A DNA stretch of 44,373 bases, from NCBI GenBank assembly GCA_039683575.1, contig JBDKRC010000345.1:1-44373 (forward strand), read 5' to 3'. The translations under genes were made by a program, and so were the position numbers. The DNA is from Armatimonadia bacterium. GTDB lineage: Bacteria; Armatimonadota; Zipacnadia; Zipacnadales; UBA11051. Under the pieces are notes generated by a model. The model was not told where the DNA came from. It did not search any database and saw only the letters and a program-made list of their open reading frames with translations. Positions 19,299 through 28,399 of this stretch are shown piece by piece; position 1 is the first letter of the stretch, and each line of letters opens with the position of its first letter.

Positions 19299-21215
19299 AT
19301 GCGCAGATTAGTCATGTTGATGGTTTTGGTTTCACTGGCGGTTGCCCCGGCAGTCTTCGCACTCGGAACTGCCGCCAGCCTCGGCGACACCGTATGGCTC
19401 GAGACGGTTAGTGTCAATGGCGTCCAGGACGCCGGCGAACCCGGCATCCCCAACGTGGTCGTTACCGCCAAGCGCTACGATGCCGCTGGTAATCTCGTCT
19501 ACCGCCAAACCCAGACAACCAACTCCTCAGGCTACTACCTCTTCCCGGTGCTCAGCGCCGGGACGTATACGGTGAGCACCAACGTCACCGAGTACGATCC
19601 CACCTACGATCTCGACGGTGTCGTGACGCCCAACACCACTCAGGCTGTCCTTGCCACGGGCCAGGCCAAGCGCGACGTTGATTTCGGGTACAAGCTCCCG
19701 CCGGTCGGTTCCATCGGCGACTACGTCTGGCTGGATGCCGATCGCGATACCGAACAGGATGCGACTGAAAGTGGTATCCCCAACGTCACCGTTAACCTCC
19801 TCGGCGCTGATGGTGCCGTACTGGCTACCACCAAGACCGATGCTGCAGGCTGGTACACCTTCACTGGCCTCAGGGCCGGCGCCTACAGCGTTCAGGTAGA
19901 TTACTCCACAATCGCGCCCGCTGACCTCGAGCTCTCCTACGACCTCGATGGTATTGGCACCGCGAACATAGCCGCTGCCCCGCTGGCTGCCGGCGAGAAC
20001 CGCACCGACCTCGACTTTGGCTACAAGCCTGTCCTCCTCGGTTCCATCGGCGACTACGTCTGGCTGGATGCTGATCGCGATACCGAACAGGATGCCGATG
20101 AATATGGCATCCCGAATGTCACGGTTAGCCTCCTCGACAGCGCCGGCGCAGTCATCACGACGACGACCACTGACGCCAACGGCCTATACACCTTTGGCGG
20201 CCTGAAGGCCGGCGACTACAGCGTGCAGGTTGACTACTCCACAATCTCGCCTGCCGACCTCGAACTCTCCTACGATCTCGACGGTATCGGCACCGCCAAC
20301 ATAGCCGCCGCCTCGCTGGCTGCCGGCGAAAACCGCACCGACGTGGACTTCGGCTACAAGCCTGTCCTCCTCGGCTCCATCGGCGACTACGTCTGGTACG
20401 ATGCCAATGGTGACACCCAGCAGGACGCTGGCGAGGTCGGGCTCCCCGATGTCTCTGTCGAGCTCTACCAGGGCAGTGACCTGATCGGGACCACCACCAC
20501 CAACGCCGCTGGCCTCTATGTCTTCGGCTGCCTCAAGGCCGGCACCTACACCGTCAAGATAGTGGCCAGCACGCTGCCGTCAGACCTGACGATCCAGACC
20601 TATGATCTCGACGGCGTGAACACCGCCAACCAGGCCACCGCCAGCCTCGCCGCCGGCGAAGACCGCCGCGATGTGGACTTCGGCTACACCAAGGGAACCG
20701 TCGACGAGCGGCCCTTCACCACCTACACCCAGGGCGGCTGGGGCGCCAAGCCCAATGGCAACAATCCAGGGGTCACGCTTCACGCGAACTTCGACACGGT
20801 GTATCCTGACGGGCTTCGCCTCGGCAGCAACCACTGGCTGCAGTTCGACACCGCGCAGGAGATCACAGACTTCCTGCCGCAGGGCGGCACCGCCGGCACG
20901 CTCATCAACAACTATGATCCGCCCAAGAAGCGCACCGAAGCCGGCGTCTTCGCCGGGCAGGTACTCGCTCTTCGCCTCAACGTGGACTTCTCCGCCGCAG
21001 GGCTCACGCGCACGGGGATCGGGTCGCTGGTGATCCAGAAGGGGCCACTCGCCGGGACGTCGGTATCCGACTTCCTCGGCTTGTGCGAGCAGGTCCTGGG
21101 AGGCGACAGCGACGATCTGGAGTACTCCTTGGCCGACCTCAACGACGCCGCAACCTCGATCAATGAGAACTACGACAACGGCACCACGGACAACGGCTTC
21201 CTGGCTGCCAAGTAA
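19299..21215 (+). CDS. Secreted SdrD B-like repeat protein, paralog 4 (4 repeats + C-terminal domain)
   Basis: ATG 19299 after GGGAGG; internal 333-nt repeat period (19707, 20040, 20373). Confidence 0.85.
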   Translation: MRRLVMLMVLVSLAVAPAVFALGTAASLGDTVWLETVSVNGVQDAGEPGIPNVVVTAKRYDAAGNLVYRQTQTTNSSGYYLFPVLSAGTYTVSTNVTEYDPTYDLDGVVTPNTTQAVLATGQAKRDVDFGYKLPPVGSIGDYVWLDADRDTEQDATESGIPNVTVNLLGADGAVLATTKTDAAGWYTFTGLRAGAYSVQVDYSTIAPADLELSYDLDGIGTANIAAAPLAAGENRTDLDFGYKPVLLGSIGDYVWLDADRDTEQDADEYGIPNVTVSLLDSAGAVITTTTTDANGLYTFGGLKAGDYSVQVDYSTISPADLELSYDLDGIGTANIAAASLAAGENRTDVDFGYKPVLLGSIGDYVWYDANGDTQQDAGEVGLPDVSVELYQGSDLIGTTTTNAAGLYVFGCLKAGTYTVKIVASTLPSDLTIQTYDLDGVNTANQATASLAAGEDRRDVDFGYTKGTVDERPFTTYTQGGWGAKPNGNNPGVTLHANFDTVYPDGLRLGSNHWLQFDTAQEITDFLPQGGTAGTLINNYDPPKKRTEAGVFAGQVLALRLNVDFSAAGLTRTGIGSLVIQKGPLAGTSVSDFLGLCEQVLGGDSDDLEYSLADLNDAATSINENYDNGTTDNGFLAAK

Positions 21216-21243
21216 CAACCGCTAACAGTTGGCCTGGATAAGA

Positions 21244-21279
21244 AAACAGGGGATGCTCCATCTGGAGCATCCCCTGTTT
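21244..21279 (+). terminator. Terminator after paralog 4, possibly bidirectional with aspS
   Basis: AAACAGGGGATGCTCCA-TC-TGGAGCATCCCCTGTTT. Confidence 0.8.
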
Positions 21280-21341
21280 GCATCTCGCCAGTTCCCTCTG
21301 GCCGGTACGGCTTTCCGTTTTGTGTTTTCTGTTCCCGCCGT

Positions 21342-23132
21342 CTACCCTTGCGGCGGCAGATCCAGCTTGATGTGCAGCTCCCGCAGTTGCTTCACATCCA
21401 CCGCGCCCGGCGCATCTGCCATCAGGTCCACCGCCCGCTGCGTCTTCGGGAAGGCGATGACCTCGCGGATGTTGTCCTCCCCGCACAGCCGTGTAATCAG
21501 CCGGTCAAACCCCAGCGCGATCCCGCCGTGCGGCGGCGTCCCATAGTCGAACGCATTCAGCAGGAACCCGAATTTGCGGTCTGCCTCTTCCGGCGTGATG
21601 CCGATGAGATCAAACACCTTCTGCTGAATATCCCGGCGATGCACGCGGATGCTTCCCGACGCGCTCTCGCTGCCGTTGACCACACAGTCATAGCTGAGCG
21701 CCCGCACCTTCCCCGGGTCCGTGTCCAGCAGGTCCCAGTCCTCATGGTGAGGCATGCAGAACGGGTGATGCTCGGCCTCCCAGCGCTTCTCCTCCTCATT
21801 CCAGGCGATCATCGGGAAGTCCAGCACCCATAGCGGGGCGAACACGTTGTCACTAATCAGACCCATGCGCTCCGCCATCTCGCGCCTGATCCAGTCCAGG
21901 CTCTCGGCCACAATCGCCGGCTGGTCGGCTACGATCAGCAGCAGGTCGCCGGCCTTGGCCGCAAACCGCGACTTCAGCTCTGCCCCCTGCTCCGGCGTGA
22001 AGAACTTGGCCACGGGCGATTCGATGCCCTCATCAGTAACCCGCATCCACACCAGCCCCGCGGCCTTATGCTGCTTGGCAAACTCCGTCAGCTTGTCAAG
22101 CTGCGCCCGCGCATAGTCCCCGCAGCCCGTCGCGTTGATCCCCTTTACCTGCCCGCCCCGTGCCGCGACATCCTTGAAGACCTTGAACTCAACCTGCGGC
22201 GCCATGTCGGTGAGGTCCACGAACTTCATCTCAAAGCGCGTGTCCGGCTTGTCGGTGCCATAGTCCCGCATTGCCTCGGCATGACTCATCCGCGGGAAGG
22301 GCAGCGGCATCTCGTAGCCGATGACCTCTTTGAAGATCCGCGCGGTAAGCCGCTCGACCACATCAAAAACTTCCTCGCGGTCCACGAACGCGAATTCGAT
22401 GTCAATCTGCGTGAATTCCGGCTGGCGATCCGCCCGCGGGTCCTCATCGCGCAGACACTTGGCAATCTGGAAGTACCGGTCAATCCCGCCGACCATCAGA
22501 AGCTGCTTCAGAAGCTGCGGCGACTGCGGCAGTGCGTAGAAGTTGCCCGGGCTCACACGGCTCGGCACGAGGTAGTCCCGCGCGCCCTCCGGCGTCGGCT
22601 TGAACAGTAGCGGCGTTTCGACCTCCCAGAACCCTTCTTCGGTCAGGAACTGCCGTGTCACCTGGTAAGCCCGGTGCCGGATCTCCAGGTTCCGCTGCAT
22701 GCGCTCGCTGCGCAGGTCAATGTAGCGATACTTCATGCGCAAGAGCTCGTCAGTCTCGGTGCGGTCGGCAATCGAGAACGGCGGCGTCTTCGCGACGTTG
22801 AGCACCTCGAGCCGCTCCACACCCAGTTCCACGGCTCCGGTGGCCATCTCTGTATTCTCCGTCCCCTCGGGCCGCCTCCGCACGAGTCCCTCGACGGCGA
22901 TCACATACTCGCTCCGCAGGTCATGCGCACCCTCCATGGCCTCGGGACACACCTCAGGGTCAAACACGACCTGCATCATCCCAGCGCGGTCGCGCAGGTC
23001 CACAAAGATGAGCCCGCCATGATCCCGCCGCCGGTGTACCCAACCATTGAGCACAACCTTCTGCCCGATATGATCCTCGCGCACCTCACCACACCGCAGC
23101 GTGCGCTTCATGAACATCTGGTTTTCCATCAT
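21342..23132 (-). CDS. aspS: Aspartate--tRNA ligase, probably non-discriminating (Asp/Asn)
   Basis: GWVHRRRDHGGLIFVDLRD, TPEGARDYLVPSR, YALPQSPQ, RQPEFTQID, PPHGGIALGFDR, IREVIAFPK motifs. Start is 23132 or 23129, after GGAAAGGA. Confidence 0.97.
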   Translation of the reverse strand: MMENQMFMKRTLRCGEVREDHIGQKVVLNGWVHRRRDHGGLIFVDLRDRAGMMQVVFDPEVCPEAMEGAHDLRSEYVIAVEGLVRRRPEGTENTEMATGAVELGVERLEVLNVAKTPPFSIADRTETDELLRMKYRYIDLRSERMQRNLEIRHRAYQVTRQFLTEEGFWEVETPLLFKPTPEGARDYLVPSRVSPGNFYALPQSPQLLKQLLMVGGIDRYFQIAKCLRDEDPRADRQPEFTQIDIEFAFVDREEVFDVVERLTARIFKEVIGYEMPLPFPRMSHAEAMRDYGTDKPDTRFEMKFVDLTDMAPQVEFKVFKDVAARGGQVKGINATGCGDYARAQLDKLTEFAKQHKAAGLVWMRVTDEGIESPVAKFFTPEQGAELKSRFAAKAGDLLLIVADQPAIVAESLDWIRREMAERMGLISDNVFAPLWVLDFPMIAWNEEEKRWEAEHHPFCMPHHEDWDLLDTDPGKVRALSYDCVVNGSESASGSIRVHRRDIQQKVFDLIGITPEEADRKFGFLLNAFDYGTPPHGGIALGFDRLITRLCGEDNIREVIAFPKTQRAVDLMADAPGAVDVKQLRELHIKLDLPPQG

Positions 23133-23192
23133 CGATCCTTTCCAACGCCTCTTCATCAAACAAACACCGCCGCCCACCTCTTCAAACCACTT

Positions 23193-23216
23193 GTACGAGC
23201 GATCAGTGATCGCGAC
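23193..23216 (+). repeat. REP-like palindrome, GTAC family
   Basis: GTACGAGCGATCAGTGATCGCGAC; near-identical copies at 40792 (+) and 43332-43355 (-). Confidence 0.75.
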
Positions 23217-23733
23217 TCTTCGCCTCCGCCTCCCCGACCGCCAGTTCCTCCATCCGCCGCACGACCGCCGGAAGCTGTGTCCCCGCGATCACAAACCCCA
23301 CCGCACTGAGCAGCAGGAACCCCGCAAACAGCTTCAGCGACCCGCTCACAAAGTACATGAGCATCCCCATGATAGCGATGCTCTCAAACAGCGCGAGCTT
23401 CACCACATGGAGCACAAACACCGCCTGGGTCGCAGTTGCCGTCTCCAGCCGCTGCCCGATCTTCCAAGCGATCCCAAACACCAGCACGGCCACCAGCAGC
23501 AGCACGTACGGCAGGCTTCCCTGGCTCGCCTCAGCCTTGTACGGAATGGTCCCCTGCGTGTCAAAGAAGTAGACCAACCCCGCGTACAGCAGCAAACTCA
23601 TGAAGAACGCGAACCCCACCACGTAAAGCGTCAAAACCCGCTTCTGCACCGGCCTGGCGTCGAACCCGCACAAGGGGCACTGGGCCCCCGCTGCCGGCAT
23701 GTCCGACGGTTGGCGACAGCATGGGCAGATCAT
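23203..23733 (-). CDS. Small membrane protein with N-terminal CxxC...CxxC zinc ribbon
   Basis: MICPCC...CPLC followed by about 4 hydrophobic helices; starts 4 nt after the hisS stop. Confidence 0.7.
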   Translation of the reverse strand: MICPCCRQPSDMPAAGAQCPLCGFDARPVQKRVLTLYVVGFAFFMSLLLYAGLVYFFDTQGTIPYKAEASQGSLPYVLLLVAVLVFGIAWKIGQRLETATATQAVFVLHVVKLALFESIAIMGMLMYFVSGSLKLFAGFLLLSAVGFVIAGTQLPAVVRRMEELAVGEAEAKSRDH

Positions 23734-23737
23734 GGCG

Positions 23738-25003
23738 CTATCCGCACGGTTTGGCCTCGAGCTTGCCCGCCAACTCACCCCGTGCCACTTCCGCCTGCTC
23801 GCCGCTCTCCAGGTCCTTCAGCCCCACAACACCCTTCGCCAGCTCGTCATCCCCGATGATCGCCGCATATGCAAAGCGCTCATTGTCAGCAAAGCGAAGC
23901 TGCGCCTTCATGGAGCGCCGCCGGTAGTCAACCTCCGCCGGCACTCCGGCCATCCGCAGCTCCTGGACCATCTTGAGGCACTCCACCCACGCCGCCTCGC
24001 CCAGCGCCACCAGGAAGATGCCCTTGCGCTCCTCACTGACCGCCTTGAGCCCCGCCTGTTCGCGCGCCAGCAGGATCCGCTCAAGCCCCATCCCCATACC
24101 GACGCCCGGCGTGTGCGGCCCGCCACACTTCTCCACGAGCCCGTCATACCGCCCGCCGCCGCCCAGCGCCGACTGCGACCCAATCCCCTGTATCTGGAAC
24201 TCGAACGCTGTCTTGGTGTAGTAATCGAGCCCCCGCACGATGCTGTGGTCAACCTCAAACGGCACGTCCAGCGCCGTCAGGATCTCCTTCACCGCGGCCA
24301 TGTGCTCGTCACAGCCGCCGCAAAGCTCGTCGGCCAGCTTCGGCGCGCGCTTCATGTAATCCGCGCAAAGCTTGCAGTCCAGCATGCGGAGCGGGTTGTG
24401 GTGATACCGGTGGTTGCAGTCCTCGCACAGGTTGCCGAGGCTGCTGGCCATCGTTTCCTTGAGCTTCTGCACATAATTCGGCGCGCACAGCGGGCAGCCA
24501 ACCGAGTTGATCAGCACCTTGATTCCGGTCAGCCCCATCAGCTTGTAGAAATTCCACGCAAAGGTGATGACCTCGGCATCGGCAGCCGGCGCGTGAGAAC
24601 CGATGATCTCGATACCGCACTGGTGGTGCTGTCGGTAGCGTCCCGCCTGCGGCCGGTCATAGCGGAAGATCGGCGCAATGTAGAAGAGCTTCACGACGCG
24701 CTCTTTGTCGGTCTTGTCGAGGTGATTCTCCAGATAGGCCCGTACCGCCGGAGCCGTCCCCTCCGCCCGCAGCGTCAGACTTCGCTTGCCACGGTCCTCG
24801 AAGGTATACATCTCCTTGCTGCCGATATCGGTATCCTGCCCGACCGACCGCAAGAACAGGTCCGTATCCTCAAAGATGGGCGTCCGGATCTCTCCATACC
24901 CATAGCGCTCGGCGAGGCAGCGGAAGCTCTCCTCAACAAAGCGCCACTCGCCTACCACGTCCGGCGTAATATCCTGCGTCCCAATCGGCCTTTTGTACAT
25001 CAT
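23738..25003 (-). CDS. hisS: Histidine--tRNA ligase
   Basis: GTQD, EIRTPIFE, KEMYTFED, LRAEGTA, RYDRPQAGRYRQ, VRGLDYYTKT, GGGRYDGL motifs. Confidence 0.97.
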   Translation of the reverse strand: MMYKRPIGTQDITPDVVGEWRFVEESFRCLAERYGYGEIRTPIFEDTDLFLRSVGQDTDIGSKEMYTFEDRGKRSLTLRAEGTAPAVRAYLENHLDKTDKERVVKLFYIAPIFRYDRPQAGRYRQHHQCGIEIIGSHAPAADAEVITFAWNFYKLMGLTGIKVLINSVGCPLCAPNYVQKLKETMASSLGNLCEDCNHRYHHNPLRMLDCKLCADYMKRAPKLADELCGGCDEHMAAVKEILTALDVPFEVDHSIVRGLDYYTKTAFEFQIQGIGSQSALGGGGRYDGLVEKCGGPHTPGVGMGMGLERILLAREQAGLKAVSEERKGIFLVALGEAAWVECLKMVQELRMAGVPAEVDYRRRSMKAQLRFADNERFAYAAIIGDDELAKGVVGLKDLESGEQAEVARGELAGKLEAKPCG

Positions 25004-25081
25004 CTGAAGTACCTGCTAATTGTGAAAGCGCCCCCGCGTCGCGAGGGCGTCAGTATAGTAAGCCACAAGACCCGGCCGCCT

Positions 25082-25121
25082 GTAGGAGCGCTCCCCTGAG
25101 CGCGACCCATCACCGACCAAC
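25082..25121 (+). repeat. REP-like palindrome, GTAGGAGCG family, with ATCACCGACC tail
   Basis: GTAGGAGCGCTCCCCTGAGCGCGACC; relatives at 27679, 31162 and 43287-43310. Confidence 0.75.
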
Positions 25122-25130
25122 CCTCGCCCT

Positions 25131-25697
25131 CTACTTCTTCGGCTCAAAAACCAGCTTGCCCGCCGCCGCCGCTTCCATTACTTCCCTATAGTACGAATGC
25201 CGCGAGAAGACAAACAACTGGTACGCCGCCGCCACCAGCAGCATCATCACCGAATAGCTCATCCCGAGCCGAGCTGCCGCCGCCAAAATCGCCATCAGCC
25301 CAATCGCCGCCCCAATGACCGTCAGGGCCAGACTCGATGACAGAATGCTCTCAAACACCAGATCGGCCTGCTCGGCCAGCTTCCTCGACGGCTTCTGCGC
25401 CTTTTCCAGGTCAAGCCCTGCCAGCAGGCTAAGCCGTCGCGCCAGCTTCTGCGCGCTCGTCCAATGGCTGTCCAGACTGAAGCCGATCAGAAACAGCCCG
25501 GCGCTGATCGCCAGAATGACCTGGAAGCGCCGCTCCATCTGCATCGCCGAGAGGTCGGGCGCCGCGGTCTGAAAAGCCGCCACAAACAGCGTCAGCACCA
25601 CGAAAACCGCCAGCGGCAGCACGCCCCAGCTCAGCCAGTTATGGCGGAGCCGGCTGCTGACCTCAACAAGTCGGGGATCAAGTTCGGAACTCGACAT
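25131..25697 (-). CDS. Hypothetical 4-TM membrane protein
   Basis: 188-aa ORF with four hydrophobic segments and plausible codon usage. Confidence 0.7.
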   Translation of the reverse strand: MSSSELDPRLVEVSSRLRHNWLSWGVLPLAVFVVLTLFVAAFQTAAPDLSAMQMERRFQVILAISAGLFLIGFSLDSHWTSAQKLARRLSLLAGLDLEKAQKPSRKLAEQADLVFESILSSSLALTVIGAAIGLMAILAAAARLGMSYSVMMLLVAAAYQLFVFSRHSYYREVMEAAAAGKLVFEPKK

Positions 25698-25887
25698 AGA
25701 GTCTCAAATCCTGCGCGCAAAAGTGCCCGCGTCTGATAGTCCGCAAAGCGAAGCTGATTCTACCAATACGCTGCCCCAGTGTCAATGAAAGCCCGGTTTC
25801 GCCCCTGCCCTCTCTTGCCTTCACCCTTAACATCCTTCTCATCCTCAACATCCTGTGAATTCCCCTCTCCCTCTCCTCCCCTCCCGG

Positions 25888-25896
25888 TGATATAAT
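25888..25896 (+). promoter_or_regulatory. Extended -10 promoter, probably giving a leaderless mRNA
   Basis: TG-A-TATAAT ends 7 nt before the GTG start at 25904; no Shine-Dalgarno. Confidence 0.6.
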
Positions 25897-25903
25897 CCCC
25901 CTT

Positions 25904-26599
25904 GTGATCGATCTGCACTGCCACATCCTGCCCGGCGTGGATGATGGCCCTCGCGACGTGGACGAGGCCCTTGCGGTCGCCCGCCTTGCCGTGGCTGATG
26001 GCACACAGGTCATCGCCGCCACGCCGCATGTGGACGATACCTACAAGTACCCTGATCCCGACCTGATCCGCGCCCTGACCGCGCGCTTCAATGAGCGTCT
26101 CCGCGCCGAGAAGATCCCCCTGCAGGTCCTTCCCGGCGCCGAAGTCCGCGTAGGGACCGATCTCCTCGAGAAGCTCCAGTCCGGCCAGGTAATGACCCTA
26201 GGCGACCGTGGCAAGCACGTGCTGCTGGAGCTGCCTACCTCCAGCCACGCCCTGTACGCGGGCGAGCTCTTCTTCCGCCTGCAGCTCGCGGGCTACATCC
26301 CGGTTCTCGCCCACGTCGAGCGCGTGGCCCTGTTCCGCTCCCAGCCCGGCCTGCTGCGTGACTTCCACGACCGCGGCTGCCTCCTGCAGGTCAACGCCGA
26401 GAGCCTAGCCGGCTGTGGCGGCTGGACCATGCGCCGCTACACCCAAAAGCTCCTGCGCGAGGGCCTGATAGACATAGTAGCCAGCGATGGCCACAACACC
26501 AACAACCGCAAACCGCTCCTTTCCATAGCGAAGAAAGCACTCAACGCCGAATTCGAGCGTCTGACAGACCAGACACCACGCCAAATCCTGCAACTGTAG
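25904..26599 (+). CDS. CpsB/CapC/YwqE-family PHP tyrosine-protein phosphatase
   Basis: IDLHCHILPGVDDG, ATPH, GAEV, LAHVER, LQVN, ASDGH motifs. Confidence 0.9.
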   Translation: MIDLHCHILPGVDDGPRDVDEALAVARLAVADGTQVIAATPHVDDTYKYPDPDLIRALTARFNERLRAEKIPLQVLPGAEVRVGTDLLEKLQSGQVMTLGDRGKHVLLELPTSSHALYAGELFFRLQLAGYIPVLAHVERVALFRSQPGLLRDFHDRGCLLQVNAESLAGCGGWTMRRYTQKLLREGLIDIVASDGHNTNNRKPLLSIAKKALNAEFERLTDQTPRQILQL

Positions 26600-26613
26600 C
26601 AGGGCCTCGTGCT

Positions 26614-26648
26614 GTAGGGCGGGGGCTCGTACCCCGCCGGCCGTCATC
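26614..26648 (+). repeat. REP-like palindrome GTAGGGCGGGGGCTCGTACCCCGCC
   Basis: The same core GGGGGCTCGTACCCCGCCGGCCGTCATC recurs at 40614-40641. Confidence 0.7.
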
Positions 26649-26791
26649 TATGACCCGTTTCTGCGCTCACCAACCTTGATACGAATAATCTGTACGCCCG
26701 ACATTCCTGTAGTGCTTCGGGCCACCATCTTCGGAAGAACCCGCCGCCGTCTCGCCTCTAACCGGATAGCAACACCGAAAGGGGCCTCAAG

Positions 26792-27682
26792 ATGCGACGA
26801 CCCTGGCTCAGATACACTCTCTACGCGCTGGCCGTGCTGGTCTTCCTGGCGATACTCTTCGCCCTGCTCTTCCCGGTCTTCTTCGCGGCCCGCGAGAAGG
26901 CCCGCATGGCCCCCATGTCGGCGGGCGCTCCGCCCCCACCCCAGGCTCTCACCGGCGCTGCGAGGGAAGCCGAGGCGCCCTCCGACAAGTCCGCTGTCAC
27001 TCAGACCGCCGCTGACCGCAAGATCATCACCACCGGTGACATGACCATCGAGGTGACCGACCTCGACAAGGCTGTCGCCGACCTGACCGCCCTGGTCAAG
27101 CGCCAGGGCGGCTTTCTAGCCAATCGTTCAGTCACCGCCAGCGAAGAGTGGCGCCGCGCCACCTTCACAATCCGCGTCCCGGCGGCCCACTTCGACGCCC
27201 TCCACGACGGCGCCCGCGGCCTCGGCACCGTCCGTCAGGACAACCAGCAGGGCGAGGACGTCACCAAACAGTGGCAGGACCTGGAAGCCCGCATGCGCAT
27301 CCGCAAGACCCAGGAGCAAAGCCTCCTCGCGCTGATGCGCAGACAGGGCCGCCTCTCCGACGTGCTACAGGTCTCGAAGGAGCTCTGGGACATCCGCGAG
27401 GAGATCGAGCGCGCCGAGGGCGAGCTCCGCTACCTCCGCGACCAGGTCACCCTCGCGACCCTTACGGTGAACCTGAACGAGGAGATACCGGCAGGCGTCG
27501 GGAAGATTGGCCCCTGGAACCTGGGCTATAGTGTGCTGCGTGCCATGCGGGCCGGCCTGGGCATCCTGCGCGGCCTCCTGGTAGCTGTGATCTACGTCGT
27601 CCTCTCCGGCTGGGTCATCTGGCTCCCGCTGGTGCTAATCATCTGGTGGCTAAAGCGCCGCCGAGCGCGGATGATCCGGTAG
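26792..27682 (+). CDS. DUF4349-domain membrane protein with pilin-like N-terminal helix
   Basis: RKIITTGDMTIEV, TIRVPA, EDVT.QW.DLEAR, EIERAEGELRYLRDQV..ATL motifs; N- and C-terminal TM segments. Confidence 0.85.
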   Translation: MRRPWLRYTLYALAVLVFLAILFALLFPVFFAAREKARMAPMSAGAPPPPQALTGAAREAEAPSDKSAVTQTAADRKIITTGDMTIEVTDLDKAVADLTALVKRQGGFLANRSVTASEEWRRATFTIRVPAAHFDALHDGARGLGTVRQDNQQGEDVTKQWQDLEARMRIRKTQEQSLLALMRRQGRLSDVLQVSKELWDIREEIERAEGELRYLRDQVTLATLTVNLNEEIPAGVGKIGPWNLGYSVLRAMRAGLGILRGLLVAVIYVVLSGWVIWLPLVLIIWWLKRRRARMIR

Positions 27683-27704
27683 GAGCGCTCCCCCGAGCGC
27701 GACC
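27679..27704 (+). repeat. REP-like palindrome overlapping a stop codon
   Basis: GTAGGAGCGCTCCCCCGAGCGCGACC; its TAG is the stop of the DUF4349 gene. Confidence 0.75.
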
Positions 27705-27755
27705 GTTGACCAACTCGTTACCGCGAATCTAACACCAATCTGGCGGGTGCGGAAG

Positions 27756-28298
27756 ATGATGACGCCAATCGGCTACCTGATGATCGAGCACCGGCTCATC
27801 GAGCGCATGATCGCGCTCCTGGCTAAGCACCTTGAGCACGTCCGCTCCGGCCAGCACGCCGATCCGGAACTCATCGCCTCCGCGGTGGACTTCTTCCGCA
27901 GCTACGCCGACCGCTGCCATCACGGCAAGGAGGAGGACCTGCTCTTCCGCGACCTCGAGAGCAAGCCCCTCGAGGCCCCGCTGAAGGCCGTCCTCCACGA
28001 GCTCATCCAGGAGCACGTGCTCGGCCGCCAGATGGTCGGCAAGCTCGCCGAGGCGGGGGAAAGGTATCACGAGGGGGACCCCGAGGTTCTCGGCGTCATC
28101 GAGCAGCAGATCGCGGCCCTCGTCGATTTCTACCCGCGCCACATCGAGAAAGAAGACCGGCACTTCTTCGTGCCGGTCATGGACTGCTTCACCAAGAAGG
28201 AGCTGGCAGATCTGCTCGACCGCTTCCACGAATTCGACCGCCAGCTAATCCACGAACGTTATCGCCAGGTAGTAAGCACCTGGGAACACGGCAAGTGA
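27756..28298 (+). CDS. Hemerythrin/HHE cation-binding domain protein
   Basis: LMIEHRLI, YADRCHHGKEEDLLF, EHVLGR, HIEKEDRHFF motifs. Confidence 0.9.
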   Translation: MMTPIGYLMIEHRLIERMIALLAKHLEHVRSGQHADPELIASAVDFFRSYADRCHHGKEEDLLFRDLESKPLEAPLKAVLHELIQEHVLGRQMVGKLAEAGERYHEGDPEVLGVIEQQIAALVDFYPRHIEKEDRHFFVPVMDCFTKKELADLLDRFHEFDRQLIHERYRQVVSTWEHGK

Positions 28299-28310
28299 GC
28301 CTCCCGTCGC

Positions 28311-28379
28311 GTAGTGCGGGCGTCTCGCCCGCCTCGGACGCTACACGCACATCTTCGTAGGACGGGCGTCTCGCCCGTC
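28311..28379 (+). repeat. Two tandem REP-like palindromes (GTAGxxCGGGCGTCTCGCCCG)
   Basis: Copies at 28311 and 28357; the same family occurs at 32375, 35806, 35860, 40526, 40716 and 44189-44210. Confidence 0.8.
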
Positions 28380-28399
28380 TCCGCTCCAACCTTCAACCA

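Noticed and set aside
25829-25860. CATCCT repeated three times at 9-nt period
   Set aside because: Short, low-complexity and single-locus; no function can be supported.
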